From an uncultured Thermodesulfobacteriota bacterium (GTDB lineage: Bacteria > Desulfobacterota > GWC2-55-46 > JADFVP01), in contig CAYYUX010000002.1 in NCBI GenBank assembly GCA_964474975.1, forward strand, positions 6,958-70,957: a stretch of 64,000 nt of DNA, written 5' to 3'. Position numbers and translations under genes: made by a program. A model generated the notes under the pieces. That model saw nothing but the letters and a program-made list of their open reading frames with translations. It had not been told where the DNA came from and did no database searches. Positions 20,068 to 30,683 of this stretch are shown here, one piece after another. Every line of letters begins with the position of its first letter. Positions within the stretch are counted from its first letter, which is position 1.

Positions 20068-20339
20068 ATAGCAGTCCCCCTTCTTTACCTTCCCGGCAAG
20101 AGCCGCCCTTCGCCGCCAGCACAAGCTTAATTATCCTTTATCGGCTATATCAAAAATTTATATCAAAGAAACCTGCACTGTCAAGCCATTTGGCACGGCC
20201 TTTTCATTACAGAGTCCCCTCATACCTATGGCATGAAAACACAATATTTGAAAGGACGTAAAAAACAATGCCGCACTTGAAAGAGACACTTGCCTGTGAT
20301 AGATTATTTTTTTTCGATAAACTCAAGAGGGTTATTGTT

Positions 20340-20627
20340 ATGGATATAGATAGGAAAGACGTTCTTCATGTAGCCGACCTTGCGAGGCTTGCCCTTACAG
20401 ATGAAGAGACCGCCTTATACACAGATCAGCTCGGAAAAATTCTGAGCTATGTGGCAAAGCTCTCTAACCTTGATACGGCAGAAACAAGCCCCTCTGCGCA
20501 ATGCGGTAACGCAGGAGACGGGCCGAGAGAGGACGTAATAACCCCGTCGCTAACACCTGAAGACGCTCTGCAAAACGCCCCGGAAAAAGGACGCAGGTGC
20601 TTCAAGGTGCCAAGGATAATAGAATAA
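20340..20627 (+). CDS. gatC: Asp/Glu-tRNA(Asn/Gln) amidotransferase subunit C
   Basis: MDIDRKDVLHVADLARLALTDEE... This is the typical GatC sequence. The start is trimmed to the ATG at 20340. Confidence 0.85.
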   Translation: MDIDRKDVLHVADLARLALTDEETALYTDQLGKILSYVAKLSNLDTAETSPSAQCGNAGDGPREDVITPSLTPEDALQNAPEKGRRCFKVPRIIE

Positions 20628-20630
20628 CGC

Positions 20631-22091
20631 ATGAGTATAACATCAAAGACAATAGCCTCCCTATCGAAGATGCTCCAAAAAAGAGAGCTATCCTCTACTG
20701 AGGCAACAGAGGCTTATCTCAATAGGATAGCCGAACTTGACCCGTCCCTTAACAGCTACATTACCGTATGCGGGGAATCGGCCCTTGAAGACGCCGCGCA
20801 GGCAGATAAACAACTTGCCTCAGGAGATAATATTACGCCCCTGACAGGCGTACCCATCTCCGTAAAGGATATCTTCTGCACAAAGGGGCTGAAAACCACA
20901 TGCGCATCAAAGATGCTCGCCGGGTTTATCCCGCCATACGACTCCACGGTAATTAAAAAACTAAGATCCGCCGGGGCAGTTATCCTCGGCAAGACAAACA
21001 TGGACGAATTTGCCATGGGTTCATCTACGGAAAACTCGGCCTTTGGCCCAACCCTAAACCCATGGGCAAAAGACAGGGTCCCCGGAGGAAGCTCAGGCGG
21101 CTCCGCGGCCTCTGTCTCGGCAGACCTCTGCGCCGCATCAATAGGCACGGACACGGGAGGCTCCATCCGCCAGCCCGCATCATGTTGCGGAGTTGTGGGG
21201 CTGAAACCCACATACGGACGGATCTCAAGGTATGGGATGATAGCCTTTGCCTCTTCCCTTGATCAAGCCGGCCCGCTTACGAAAGATATCAAAGACGCCG
21301 CCATAATGCTCGGCATAATGGCAGGTAAAGATAAGCATGACGCGACCTCCATTGACGCACCTGTCGCCGATTACGCGGCGGCCCTGCAACGAGATATAAA
21401 GGGGCTCCGCATAGGCATACCAAAGGAATACTTTATAGACGGCATGGACTCTGAGACCGAGACCATTGTAAGGAAGGCCATCAGTGTATTAAAAGACGCA
21501 GGCGCAGGTATTGTAGACATAACCCTGCCTCACACAGAGTACGCCGTCAGCGTATACTACATCGTGGCCACGGCCGAGGCCTCAAGCAACCTTGCCCGTT
21601 ACGACGGAGTTAAATACGGCATGAGGGTTGATGAAGGCAAGGGGCTTATTGACATGTATAAGACAACGCGCGACGCAGGGTTTGGCGCAGAGGTGAAGCG
21701 ACGCATAATGCTCGGCACATACGCCTTGAGTTCAGGGTACTATGACGCCTATTACAAAAAGGCCACTGATGTTCGAGCCCTCATAACAAAAGACTTTACC
21801 GAGGCATTTAAGGTCTGCGACGTTATCGCAACACCAACGGCCCCGGCTCCGGCATTTAAGCTCGGCGAGAGAACAGCAGACCCCCTTACCATGTATTTAT
21901 CAGATATATTCACCATCTCCTGCAACCTCGCTGGACTGCCCGGCCTCTCCATGCCCTGCGGCCTTACAGGGGCGGGACTTCCCACGGGACTTCAGCTCAT
22001 AGGCAGACCCCTTGGAGAGCAGAGCATACTTAATACGGCTTATGCCTATGAGCATGAGGCGGGATTAAGCACGAAGAAGCCTGATTTATAA
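20631..22091 (+). CDS. gatA: Asp/Glu-tRNA amidotransferase subunit A (amidase signature enzyme)
   Basis: 486 aa with the amidase signature GGSSGGSAA. Confidence 0.95.
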   Translation: MSITSKTIASLSKMLQKRELSSTEATEAYLNRIAELDPSLNSYITVCGESALEDAAQADKQLASGDNITPLTGVPISVKDIFCTKGLKTTCASKMLAGFIPPYDSTVIKKLRSAGAVILGKTNMDEFAMGSSTENSAFGPTLNPWAKDRVPGGSSGGSAASVSADLCAASIGTDTGGSIRQPASCCGVVGLKPTYGRISRYGMIAFASSLDQAGPLTKDIKDAAIMLGIMAGKDKHDATSIDAPVADYAAALQRDIKGLRIGIPKEYFIDGMDSETETIVRKAISVLKDAGAGIVDITLPHTEYAVSVYYIVATAEASSNLARYDGVKYGMRVDEGKGLIDMYKTTRDAGFGAEVKRRIMLGTYALSSGYYDAYYKKATDVRALITKDFTEAFKVCDVIATPTAPAPAFKLGERTADPLTMYLSDIFTISCNLAGLPGLSMPCGLTGAGLPTGLQLIGRPLGEQSILNTAYAYEHEAGLSTKKPDL

Positions 22092-22106
22092 AAGACCTTC
22101 CGCTTT

Positions 22107-22149
22107 CTTTTGGAAAAAAGAAAGCTTGGCAAAAAAAACCACAATGGGG
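22107..22149. repeat. inverted copy of the ~40-bp dispersed repeat (CTTTTGGAAAAAAGAAAGCTTGGCAAAAAAAACCACAATGGGG)
   Basis: About 90% identical to the reverse complement of the tandem copies at 53436..53558. It lies in the gatA-gatB spacer. Confidence 0.7.
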
Positions 22150-22222
22150 CGGAGTTCATTACCACTTAAGAAGCATAAGACGCCCCGCGAGAGTAACGAA
22201 ATAAAAAACACGAGGCAGACTA

Positions 22223-23662
22223 TTGAAGTACGAAGCCGTTATAGGGCTTGAGATTCACAGCCAGCTCCTTACGAACACAAAAATATTCTGCGGCTGTTCC
22301 ACGCTATTCGGACACGAGCCCAACACGCAGGTCTGTCCCGTATGCCTCGGTCTTCCCGGGGCTCTGCCCGTGCTTAACGGCCGTGCCGTAGAATTTGCCG
22401 TCCAGATGGCCCTTGCAGTGGAGTGCCGCATAAACCAGCGAAGTATCTTCGCGAGGAAAAACTATTTTTATCCAGATCTACCCAAGGGGTATCAGATCTC
22501 ACAATACGATAAACCACTGGCAGAACACGGAGCCCTGCAGATAGAGACAGAAAAGGGCTCGCGCAAGATTGGCATCACGCGAATACACATGGAAGAAGAC
22601 GCCGGAAAGCTCATTCACGGCGAGGGCGCCGAAGACGGGGGCCACAGCTTCGTTGACCTTAACCGCGCCTGCACGCCCCTTATAGAGATAGTTAGCGAGC
22701 CTGATATGCGCGCCCCTGAAGAGGCCGTTGCCTACCTCAAGGGCATGAGGGATATTATCCTCTACCTCGGCATAAGCGACGGCAACATGGAAGAGGGGAG
22801 TTTCCGTTGCGACGCCAATATCTCCATTCGTCCCGTAGGACAAGAAAAACTCGGGACAAAGGCGGAGCTTAAGAACATGAACTCCTTTAAGTTCATCAAA
22901 GACGGCCTTGCCTATGAGATAGAGCGCCAGATTGACCTCATAGAGAGCGGCGGCCATGTGGTGCAGGAGACACGCCTCTTTGACTCAGCACGCGGCATTA
23001 CCATTGCCATGCGAGGTAAAGAAGAGGCACACGATTACAGATACTTCCCTGAGCCAGATCTGCCACCACTTATTGTCGATAAGGCCCTTATTGAAAAGGC
23101 CCGCAAGGGCCTGCCCGAGCTTCCCGTAGCTAAAAAAGCCCGTTTTATCGCTGAATATGGCATACCCGCCTATGACGCAGGCGTGCTTATCTCCACAAGG
23201 GCCCTGGCAGAGTATTACGAGGCCGTGGTAAAGGCCACAAAAGAAGCCAAACTCGCCTCCAACTGGGTCATGGGAGAACTGCTTCGGGCCCTCAATGAAG
23301 AGAGCCGTGACATCAAGGATTGCCCCGTAAGCTCCGAAGACCTCGCGGAACTTATACTGATGGTAAAAAAGGGTACCATAAGCAATAAAATCGCGAAAGA
23401 GGTCTTTGCCGAGATGTTCAAGACAGGCGGCAAGGCCAAGGCCGTTGTCGAACAAAAAGGCCTAAGCCAGATATCCGACGAATCCGCCCTTACCTCTGTA
23501 ATCGAAGAGGTCATGGCCAATAACAGCGATAGCGTAGAGAGATTCAAAAAGGGCGAGACCAAACTACTTGGTTTCTTTGTAGGCCAGGTAATGAAGGCCA
23601 CAAAAGGTCAGGCCAACCCCGGGCTTGTGAATAAACTCCTGAAAGCCGCGCTGAAGGGGTAA
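22223..23662 (+). CDS. gatB: Asp/Glu-tRNA amidotransferase subunit B
   Basis: 479 aa. Typical GatB N-terminus ([15 protein letters not shown]...). Apparent TTG start. Confidence 0.95.
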   Translation: MKYEAVIGLEIHSQLLTNTKIFCGCSTLFGHEPNTQVCPVCLGLPGALPVLNGRAVEFAVQMALAVECRINQRSIFARKNYFYPDLPKGYQISQYDKPLAEHGALQIETEKGSRKIGITRIHMEEDAGKLIHGEGAEDGGHSFVDLNRACTPLIEIVSEPDMRAPEEAVAYLKGMRDIILYLGISDGNMEEGSFRCDANISIRPVGQEKLGTKAELKNMNSFKFIKDGLAYEIERQIDLIESGGHVVQETRLFDSARGITIAMRGKEEAHDYRYFPEPDLPPLIVDKALIEKARKGLPELPVAKKARFIAEYGIPAYDAGVLISTRALAEYYEAVVKATKEAKLASNWVMGELLRALNEESRDIKDCPVSSEDLAELILMVKKGTISNKIAKEVFAEMFKTGGKAKAVVEQKGLSQISDESALTSVIEEVMANNSDSVERFKKGETKLLGFFVGQVMKATKGQANPGLVNKLLKAALKG

Positions 23663-23710
23663 ACTCTACCCGCCCTGCCGGGGTCCTGGAATAAGGCCGA
23701 ATGTATCCCC

Positions 23711-24850
23711 TTGAGACTATTTAAAAAACATTACTTCGAACTCGACCTTGTAAGGGCCGTGGCCATATCCCTTGTGATATTGTTCCACCTGAACCAAAAG
23801 GTCATTCACCTCTCAGCCGAGTCCTATCCCGGCCTTTTTTTCAATTGGGGATGGCACGGCGTAGACATCTTTTTCGTTCTTAGCGGTTTTCTTATCGGCG
23901 GTCAGCTCATCGAGGACAACTTCGAGGGTCGCTTCAGCTTCAAGAGGTTCTACCTTAAACGTATTCTCAGGACATTCCCGCCCTATTACTTCTACTACGC
24001 CCTCGTTACCGTCGTATACTCATACAGCATAGGCGCCTTCGCCTTGAGGAACACGACGATACTCAAGGACCTCCTCCTGCACCTCGCATACCTCAACAAC
24101 TATATAGAGGTCATAGCTCGACGCTCCGAGCTTTTCTGGTCGCTGGCCATCGAAGAGCAGTTCTATCTTATAATGCCGCTCATAATGTTTCTTATCATAA
24201 GATATGCCAAAAAATATATCTTTCCTGCACTTCTCGCATTCATTCTACTCGGCACCCTTATAAGGATAGCTCTATACGAGCCGGGCCTTAGCGCCATGGG
24301 CTGGGCCCATGGCTTTTACACGCCATTTCATACGCGTTTCGACGAATTGCTTTTCGGTGTCGCTGCAGCTTACATCTTCATTAACTACAAAGACAGCCTG
24401 AAGAGGCTCTCCAGTATCTGGAAAGCGCTCTTTCTCACCATCACGGCACTCTGCCTCGGCGCCTCTTATCTTTACGGCAGTATGGAGCCGGGGTACTTCA
24501 ATACCTGCTGGCAGTTTACTGTGACAGGGCTCGGCTCGGCCCTCTTAATACTTTACATAACCATATTCCCTGTCGCCAGGTTCGTGCCTGCAAAAAGCGT
24601 CTTCAGATTGACGGCCCGGTTAAGCTACACCATGTATATCTATCACATGATAATACTAAACCTCTACCTCTCCTATCTTGCCAAAAAGGGCATAACCTCT
24701 GCGGGAAGTTCCACGGCCCTCTTCGCCGTGCTTCTCCTTATCTATATCGCCGGGCTTTTCGTTATATCAGGCTTTTTCTACTCCATCATCGAGATGCCCT
24801 TCATGTATTACCGCAGAAAGATAACCGGAGGCGCCAATCCAAACTCGTAG
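23711..24850 (+). CDS. acyltransferase family 3 (OafA/YrhL-like) membrane protein
   Basis: 379 aa polytopic protein. The N-terminal motif LDLVRAVAISLVILFH is typical of acyltransferase-3. Apparent TTG start. Confidence 0.75.
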   Translation: MRLFKKHYFELDLVRAVAISLVILFHLNQKVIHLSAESYPGLFFNWGWHGVDIFFVLSGFLIGGQLIEDNFEGRFSFKRFYLKRILRTFPPYYFYYALVTVVYSYSIGAFALRNTTILKDLLLHLAYLNNYIEVIARRSELFWSLAIEEQFYLIMPLIMFLIIRYAKKYIFPALLAFILLGTLIRIALYEPGLSAMGWAHGFYTPFHTRFDELLFGVAAAYIFINYKDSLKRLSSIWKALFLTITALCLGASYLYGSMEPGYFNTCWQFTVTGLGSALLILYITIFPVARFVPAKSVFRLTARLSYTMYIYHMIILNLYLSYLAKKGITSAGSSTALFAVLLLIYIAGLFVISGFFYSIIEMPFMYYRRKITGGANPNS

Positions 24851-24944
24851 CAACCACTTACAATGCGGATATAACCCCGGTAGCGGACAACGGCCGGTAA
24901 CCAGCGAACTGCATACAGGACAATTATCATTACGAGAAGCAGAT

Positions 24945-25301
24945 TCAGTAAATACCGGCCTCTTGCTGTATGGCCCTTACATATTTTATTATTTTCCCTA
25001 TCTCCGCCATGCCGGCACCCTTAATGGGCGGCATATTGCCAAAGTTCCAATGATGGGCCCTGACGCCATTGAGCGAGGCCATCAGAAAAGACATATCGCC
25101 GTGATGCGAAGGCTCGTATATCTTATTAAGAAAAGGTGGTCCCTTATCTGTACCAACGCCTTTTGGGCCATGGCATTTTGAGCAGTTTTTATTGTACAGG
25201 GCTTTGCCCTGCGCAATCATATTTTCCTGCCCCGCGGCATAGGCTCTGCCGCTTACGGAAAACATAACTACGGACAGAAGAACCAATATCCATGCCTTCA
25301 T
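24945..25301 (-). CDS. monohaem c-type cytochrome with a signal peptide
   Basis: 118 aa. It has an N-terminal signal peptide and a single CSKCH haem-binding motif. Confidence 0.8.
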   Translation of the reverse strand: MKAWILVLLSVVMFSVSGRAYAAGQENMIAQGKALYNKNCSKCHGPKGVGTDKGPPFLNKIYEPSHHGDMSFLMASLNGVRAHHWNFGNMPPIKGAGMAEIGKIIKYVRAIQQEAGIY

Positions 25302-25387
25302 AATAAAATCTCCTCTTTACTTTACCTGTGGTTATTCACGTCAACATGGACTTAAGAGCCCTCTGCCCCTGCCATGTGATAAATCAA

Positions 25388-25447
25388 GGGGGGGGGTAGG
25401 AGCCTCCATCATCAGAGGCCCTGACTCGGCCGACATCGGCCCCCCCC
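25388..25447. other. hairpin bounded by G9 and C8 homopolymer tracts, with a nested GGCCG-acat-CGGCC stem
   Basis: Read from the sequence. G-run 25388..25396. C-run 25440..25447. It sits between the HD-GYP stop and the cytochrome c start. Confidence 0.8.
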
Positions 25448-25468
25448 GTTACAACCAAAAAAGAAAAA

Positions 25469-26587
25469 CTATTTTCCCTCATGCTTACTTAGTTCCCTTC
25501 CTTCTGTATGAATCCTATGAAAAATATCCACAAGACAGGGGTCGAAATGTGACCCCCTCTCTCCGGCTATTTCTTCAAGAGCCGCCTCGCTCGATAATGC
25601 TTTTCTATATGACCGATTGGTTGTAAGGGCATCATATACATCGGCTACAGCTATTATCCTGGCCTGAAGAGGAATATCTTCGCCCTTAATTCCCTCAGGA
25701 TATCCGCTACCGTCAAACCACTCATGATGGTACAAGACACCGGGAATCACATCGCGCATCTCCTCAGCAAAACCAAGTATCCGCGCGCCGATATCGGGAT
25801 GCAGTCTCATCTTGAGGGCCTCGTCCTCTGTAAGAAGCCCGCCTTTTCTCAGTATGGCGTCTTCAATGCCTATCTTGCCTATATCATGGAGTATGGAGGA
25901 TAGCCTGAGGACCTCTTTTTCCTTATTGGAGAGATCGCACTCATCGGCAATAAGAAGGGCATATCGGGAAACACGCCTTATGTGGCCCCCTGTATAGGGA
26001 TCACGGCTGTTCACTGCCTCGGCCAATGCCTCTGCCGTATGCAGAAAGGTTTCCTTCGCCCTCCTGTATAGATTGGCGTTTTCCATTGCCATCCCCGACT
26101 GACTCCCCAGAGCGCAAAATATCTCAAGCTCCACCTCGGAAAATGCACCCTTACCCCCCATGACACCGAGAAGACCATAAGACTCGCCCCTTACCTCAAG
26201 AGGGGCAAAGACCATATCATCGGCAAAGGTCATGATATTCCTGAGTTCCTGATAACCATGGCGGGGAAGCAGTTCCTTAAGGGTAATTACCGTACCCCTG
26301 CGCACTATACAACGGTCAAAGGACTTTACGTTTCGAAGAGACTCCGCAGGCAACTCACCTTCTTCAAAACCATAAGCGCCCTGGACATCAAGGGTTGCCT
26401 GAGATTTATCATAAAGCAGTACAAGGGCCCTGTCCGAGTTCATGACAGCCAATGCTTTATCCATCACCATAGCTACGACTTCTTCAAGGTTCAGTGTGGA
26501 ATTTACAGCCCTGGAGAGTTCATGGAGCATCCTCAGGGAATCTATAACTTCATTGTTCATAAGTAATAATCTTTTAAGCAAAAACAC
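25469..26587 (-). CDS. GAF-domain / HD-GYP-domain protein (putative c-di-GMP phosphodiesterase)
   Basis: HD...HHEWFDGSGYPEG motif with a preceding GAF-like sensor region. The real start may be an internal Met. Confidence 0.85.
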   Translation of the reverse strand: MFLLKRLLLMNNEVIDSLRMLHELSRAVNSTLNLEEVVAMVMDKALAVMNSDRALVLLYDKSQATLDVQGAYGFEEGELPAESLRNVKSFDRCIVRRGTVITLKELLPRHGYQELRNIMTFADDMVFAPLEVRGESYGLLGVMGGKGAFSEVELEIFCALGSQSGMAMENANLYRRAKETFLHTAEALAEAVNSRDPYTGGHIRRVSRYALLIADECDLSNKEKEVLRLSSILHDIGKIGIEDAILRKGGLLTEDEALKMRLHPDIGARILGFAEEMRDVIPGVLYHHEWFDGSGYPEGIKGEDIPLQARIIAVADVYDALTTNRSYRKALSSEAALEEIAGERGSHFDPCLVDIFHRIHTEGRELSKHEGK

Positions 26588-27315
26588 TCTCCCAGCAGGC
26601 CAAAGGCGTTTTATCTTTCCCCATTCCTCCTGCGCCCCTGATGCCGGTTACCGTATATTCGCCCTTATCCCTCTCAAACTCCGCATGATAGAGAGGACAG
26701 TTAAGTATCTCAGTGAGCCCCTCTAATATTATAAAGTCCTCACATGGAGACTAATCATAAAATGGCGGGCAGTTTAAGGTCATGCCCGGGACGGGCTACT
26801 ATGCCCTTCATCGCAGTGCGCGACTCTCGGCATCATGAAACGTCTCATCATCTTCAACACCTCCTTTGTACACATCTCCACCTGCAAACCTCGCCTTTAG
26901 GCACTAAACCTTTGCCATAGAGACGGCAATTCCTTTACTCCCGTCTCCAGATATTGCGCCGTAGCGACATGGGGGCTTTCTTTTTACTCCATATACAAAT
27001 GCAGGCGCTAAAGGCTATGATACAATAGTATTCTACACAGCGTAGAATGTCAAGTAGTCAATTCTTGTTTTCTCCACTTTCCAGTGTTTCCAATCAGAAA
27101 AAATGTCTTGATGAACAGGAAAAAATGCTTAAAAGAAACTACGTCTAAAAGAGATGGACGAATTGTAAAAGATATGAAGACAGAGGATTTTAAGGTAAAG
27201 ACATATAACGATAGATGCCTTAGAACGAAGGATGAGAGGCGTCATAAAGACAAAACCAATACAATTACGCTTAAAAAGCAGACCGCATCAATAGCGTAAA
27301 TGCGCGTTACGTAGA

Positions 27316-27381
27316 GGCACCGGGATTGACGAGAGAAAGTTAATAAACGAGGACATCGTAAGGGAGAACTTTAATGACTAA
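27316..27381 (+). pseudogene. short relic (GTGIDERKLINEDIVRENFND*) duplicating part of the recombinase-like ORF at 30189..30683
   Basis: A 39-bp core (27331..27369) is about 90% identical to 30378..30416. It translates to a peptide matching ESKLINADIVRENF. There is no start codon. Confidence 0.4.
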
Positions 27382-27924
27382 TCAGCTCTTTTGTTGATTC
27401 TGCCTGCCTTGCCTCTATGCACTCAAGGCAGTTGGATGCTGGATATGAAAGCCTTATGACTTTTGATTGCCGGGATTTAAGGTATCTGACGAAAAAGGGG
27501 TTGCCGTGGCGCAGGTTGGACTATGATTATATGAATTAAGCCTCTAAGAACGCCGGAGCGAGATAAGACTGAGGGGACGCGGGATGACAGGAACAACCTG
27601 CGCTTACAACAACAAAGACCCCAGACCGTGAGGTTATTATTACAACAGCGCTTAGCTTGTCTTAATGCACTGGCGCGCCAAGCCGCAACATGATCCTTTC
27701 AGGATGTTGACTTCTACTCTCTTCTCAACTTTATCGCACAATTAACGGCAAACCTCAGTATTAGCATATCAAGAAAATGTCTATTGCAAAATCGTAGGAG
27801 GGCGTAACTGCCTGAGTTTATATTGAAACTCCTCAACGACAGCCTGTCTTGTCATATAAAGGGGGAAGAAGACAGAATCAAATCCAGCACTTTGAAATCA
27901 CTAAAGCCTTTCAAAGAGGAGGCC

Positions 27925-29595
27925 TTAAGGTCTATTGAACTTGAAGACAGGGTACTTGTCGTTAGTAGTCTCAAAACGCTTCCTGTATTTTCGAATAAAA
28001 GGAATTATGTAGTTACGCGTCTCCTGATAGCAGCCATCGACGATAACGTAATCTATCTTTTCTCTAATAAAAAACTGGAGCATCTTTTCTGGATTGTTAG
28101 TAAATGGATATTTGAGAACGTACCCACCTGTAATAAGTGCGGTAAGCCAGGGCTTGCGCGTAGTCGCCACCTCGCCGTGCCGTAATATAGATTTGAGAAA
28201 ATAGGAGGAGTAGATATAACGGACCATGCATGGATATATGGCCGTCATGCCCGGCTTCAGCACGACCCCGGCGCTCACAGTATCGTATTTTTTAAAGATG
28301 TCCTTTCGAAGGATGACAGTGGACTCATGGATACGATCGGATATTGAGGAAGACAGCAGTAGCTCCCTTTGTCCCAGAAGATCAAAGGCCAGTAATATAC
28401 AGCACACAAGGGCCATGAGTTTTCCGGAGCTGAAAGTTATGTTACAGAAAAGACCTGTTATCTTTCCTGCCGTAAGCCTGACGCCGACAAAGAGATAATA
28501 GTAGAAAAAAGGTATTAAGGGAACCAGATACCTGAAACTGTCGCCAATACCGTAAACGGGCCAGGCGATTACAAGGGAGAGATAGAAAATAACGTAAAAC
28601 TCCTTTATGCCTCTGGCCCTGTAAAGCTCGTGAAGTATGCCATATAGTATCAACGCGAAAATTATATAGTATAAGACATTTAAAATAATGGAAGAGATCC
28701 CCCCAAGGCCCGGGTAGACAAACAACATCCTTGAGGGCAAAAGGAGATATATGCCCAAATTACCTTTTATACGGGCAAAAAGGCTGAACAGGTTTGCATA
28801 GCCGCTATCAGCATTGTAATAATTTGCATTGAAAAATATCGACTGGTATGTATTGCCGCCCGATGACAAGAGGGTGTTTCTAAGCATTAACAATAGAAAA
28901 GGCGTAATGGCAAGCACGGCGAAAATAACGAACTTTTTAAGCGGCAAATTGCCGCGCCATTTTTCTTTAAAGCCCCTTGATGCAAGCGCTGCCAAGACCG
29001 CGGCATAAAGCGTTACACCAATCATTTTTGTAAAGTATGATACGACAAGCATTACCGCGAAAAGCCTGAGATAAGCCCGCCTTGAATTGTCGGCGTAATA
29101 TTTATCGAAAAAGAAAATTGCGAGGAGGGAAAAAAACATATATGGAACTTCGCTCAATATCTCCCTTGTAAAAGATATAAAATAAAAATTGCCAAGTGTC
29201 AAAAGGGCAATAATAATGCCCATGAACTTATAGCCTTCACTTTCAAAGACCCTCTTTGTTGCATATATGGATAAGACGCCAAAAAATATTATAATGAGGC
29301 GTATCCACATTAAATTGTATCCAAAAAGATAGATGACAGGAGCCAGAAGGAGCGGAAGACCGGGGGGATACTGTGTCTGAGATGGAATGCCGGGAACGTT
29401 TATATCGCTATAACCGTGGCCAAGGGCTATTGACTTGGCGAGAAGAATATAATTCGGTGTATCAAAGCCGAATATAAAAAACAGACGATCGCTCACCATC
29501 ATAAAAGAGGCAATGAGGGCAACAACTACAACCGCCGCCCACAACAGTTTTTTTGTCTTATCCCTATCCTCATCTGAGAGCGGCTTTAATTTCAT
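27925..29595 (-). CDS. GT-C fold membrane glycosyltransferase, family 39/83 (ArnT/PMT-like), with a C-terminal soluble domain
   Basis: 556 aa with about 11 transmembrane helices. The first loop motif (FGFDTPNYILLAKSIALGHGY...PPGLPLLLAPVIYLFG) resembles ArnT/PMT_2. Its GC content is clearly lower than that of the surrounding genes. Confidence 0.6.
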   Translation of the reverse strand: MKLKPLSDEDRDKTKKLLWAAVVVVALIASFMMVSDRLFFIFGFDTPNYILLAKSIALGHGYSDINVPGIPSQTQYPPGLPLLLAPVIYLFGYNLMWIRLIIIFFGVLSIYATKRVFESEGYKFMGIIIALLTLGNFYFISFTREILSEVPYMFFSLLAIFFFDKYYADNSRRAYLRLFAVMLVVSYFTKMIGVTLYAAVLAALASRGFKEKWRGNLPLKKFVIFAVLAITPFLLLMLRNTLLSSGGNTYQSIFFNANYYNADSGYANLFSLFARIKGNLGIYLLLPSRMLFVYPGLGGISSIILNVLYYIIFALILYGILHELYRARGIKEFYVIFYLSLVIAWPVYGIGDSFRYLVPLIPFFYYYLFVGVRLTAGKITGLFCNITFSSGKLMALVCCILLAFDLLGQRELLLSSSISDRIHESTVILRKDIFKKYDTVSAGVVLKPGMTAIYPCMVRYIYSSYFLKSILRHGEVATTRKPWLTALITGGYVLKYPFTNNPEKMLQFFIREKIDYVIVDGCYQETRNYIIPFIRKYRKRFETTNDKYPVFKFNRP

Positions 29596-30188
29596 GAAAA
29601 AATTATCCGATAGCAGGTAATATAAATAATGGATGTCATGCCTCTACGCTCCGGCGCGGAAAAAACGGCGTTTAAAGGAAGATAAAATCAGATAAGATGG
29701 ACAGAGAGCGTAGCTCCGTTCCTCTTATTCACACCCCCTCGTGTTCTTTTCTCGCCCACGCCATCTACCACATTTAGTAGAGCATTATGCTGAAGTTGGC
29801 ACTGTGACGCATAGCATTTACAACCGTTTCCTCTTCAGAAGGATAGTATCCGCCGATATCCGCAGGGTTTCCTTGGCGGTCTTAAGTTCATACATTATAC
29901 TTGCCTCATTTCAGGAAAGCTCAAATAGGGCAGTAAAATAATCCTTCAACTCGCTATAGGCATTTTTAGCGGCAATCAACTCGACCAGGTAATGGGTGAG
30001 ACAACAGTGCTTTGCCTGTCATTAATGTCACACAGCTTACCAGATAGTAAAAAAATAACGATTGATAACCTATGACTTCCTTCAAGGAATCTTTATCATC
30101 GGGAAGGTCGGATATGGTAGCCTAATAAAAAAAATTTTAACATAATCACATAGTATTACAAGATAAAACTCCTGGTTTTACTGCTCTT

Positions 30189-30683
30189 TTGGCTACTATA
30201 GACCTTATGCCAAAGTATTATGGCTCTTGGAGGCTCGTGCCTTTAGGCCGAATCATACCAAGGCCGTCCATCAGCCAGCTTAGCTCCGGCGCTCCTAATC
30301 TCCATGAGCTTGTCCCCTTCTATAAGCCACTTGAACCGATGCTTCTCAATTGGTTTTTGCCGAAGGCAAAAACACTTGAGAGCAAGTTAATAAACGCTGA
30401 CATCGTAAGGGAAAACTTCAAAGTATTCAGAGACGTCTTTGAGCACCTCACGCAGGAGGAAAAGTTCGACCTAATGCACCTTCTCATCAAGAAGGTGGTC
30501 TACTTCGAGGAAGATGAAGGAACGCGAAGGCGCGAAAGAAGGGGAAATATAAAGATGGATCTATGGGAATTACCGCCCATAGACCCATCAATGATTAACT
30601 CAGCAAAACCATCTGACCTGAATTTTGCTGAGAGTTCTGATTGGCTCCCGGGGAGGGATTCGAACCCCCGACAGGGTGATTAA
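30189..30683 (+). pseudogene. C-terminal fragment of a recombinase-like protein. It reads antisense into the 3' half of tRNA-Asn
   Basis: 164 aa. The C-terminal pattern (HLTQEEKFDLMHLLIKKVVYFEEDEG) is reminiscent of large-serine-recombinase C-terminal domains. It has no catalytic N-terminal domain. Its last 42 nt overlap the tRNA-Asn gene on the opposite strand. Confidence 0.4.

Noticed and set aside
27084-27299. 71-aa Lys/Arg-rich ORF in the AT-rich non-coding flank of the island
   Set aside because: Its composition is driven by the A-rich DNA. No ribosome-binding site and no recognisable fold. Probably not a gene. It could be a relic.
26760-27830. Direct repeat of the tRNA-Asn 3' end (attL/attR) at the far side of the island
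   Set aside because: I scanned for GGATTCGAAC / CCCCCGACAG-like matches and found none. The element boundaries cannot be set precisely from this window.
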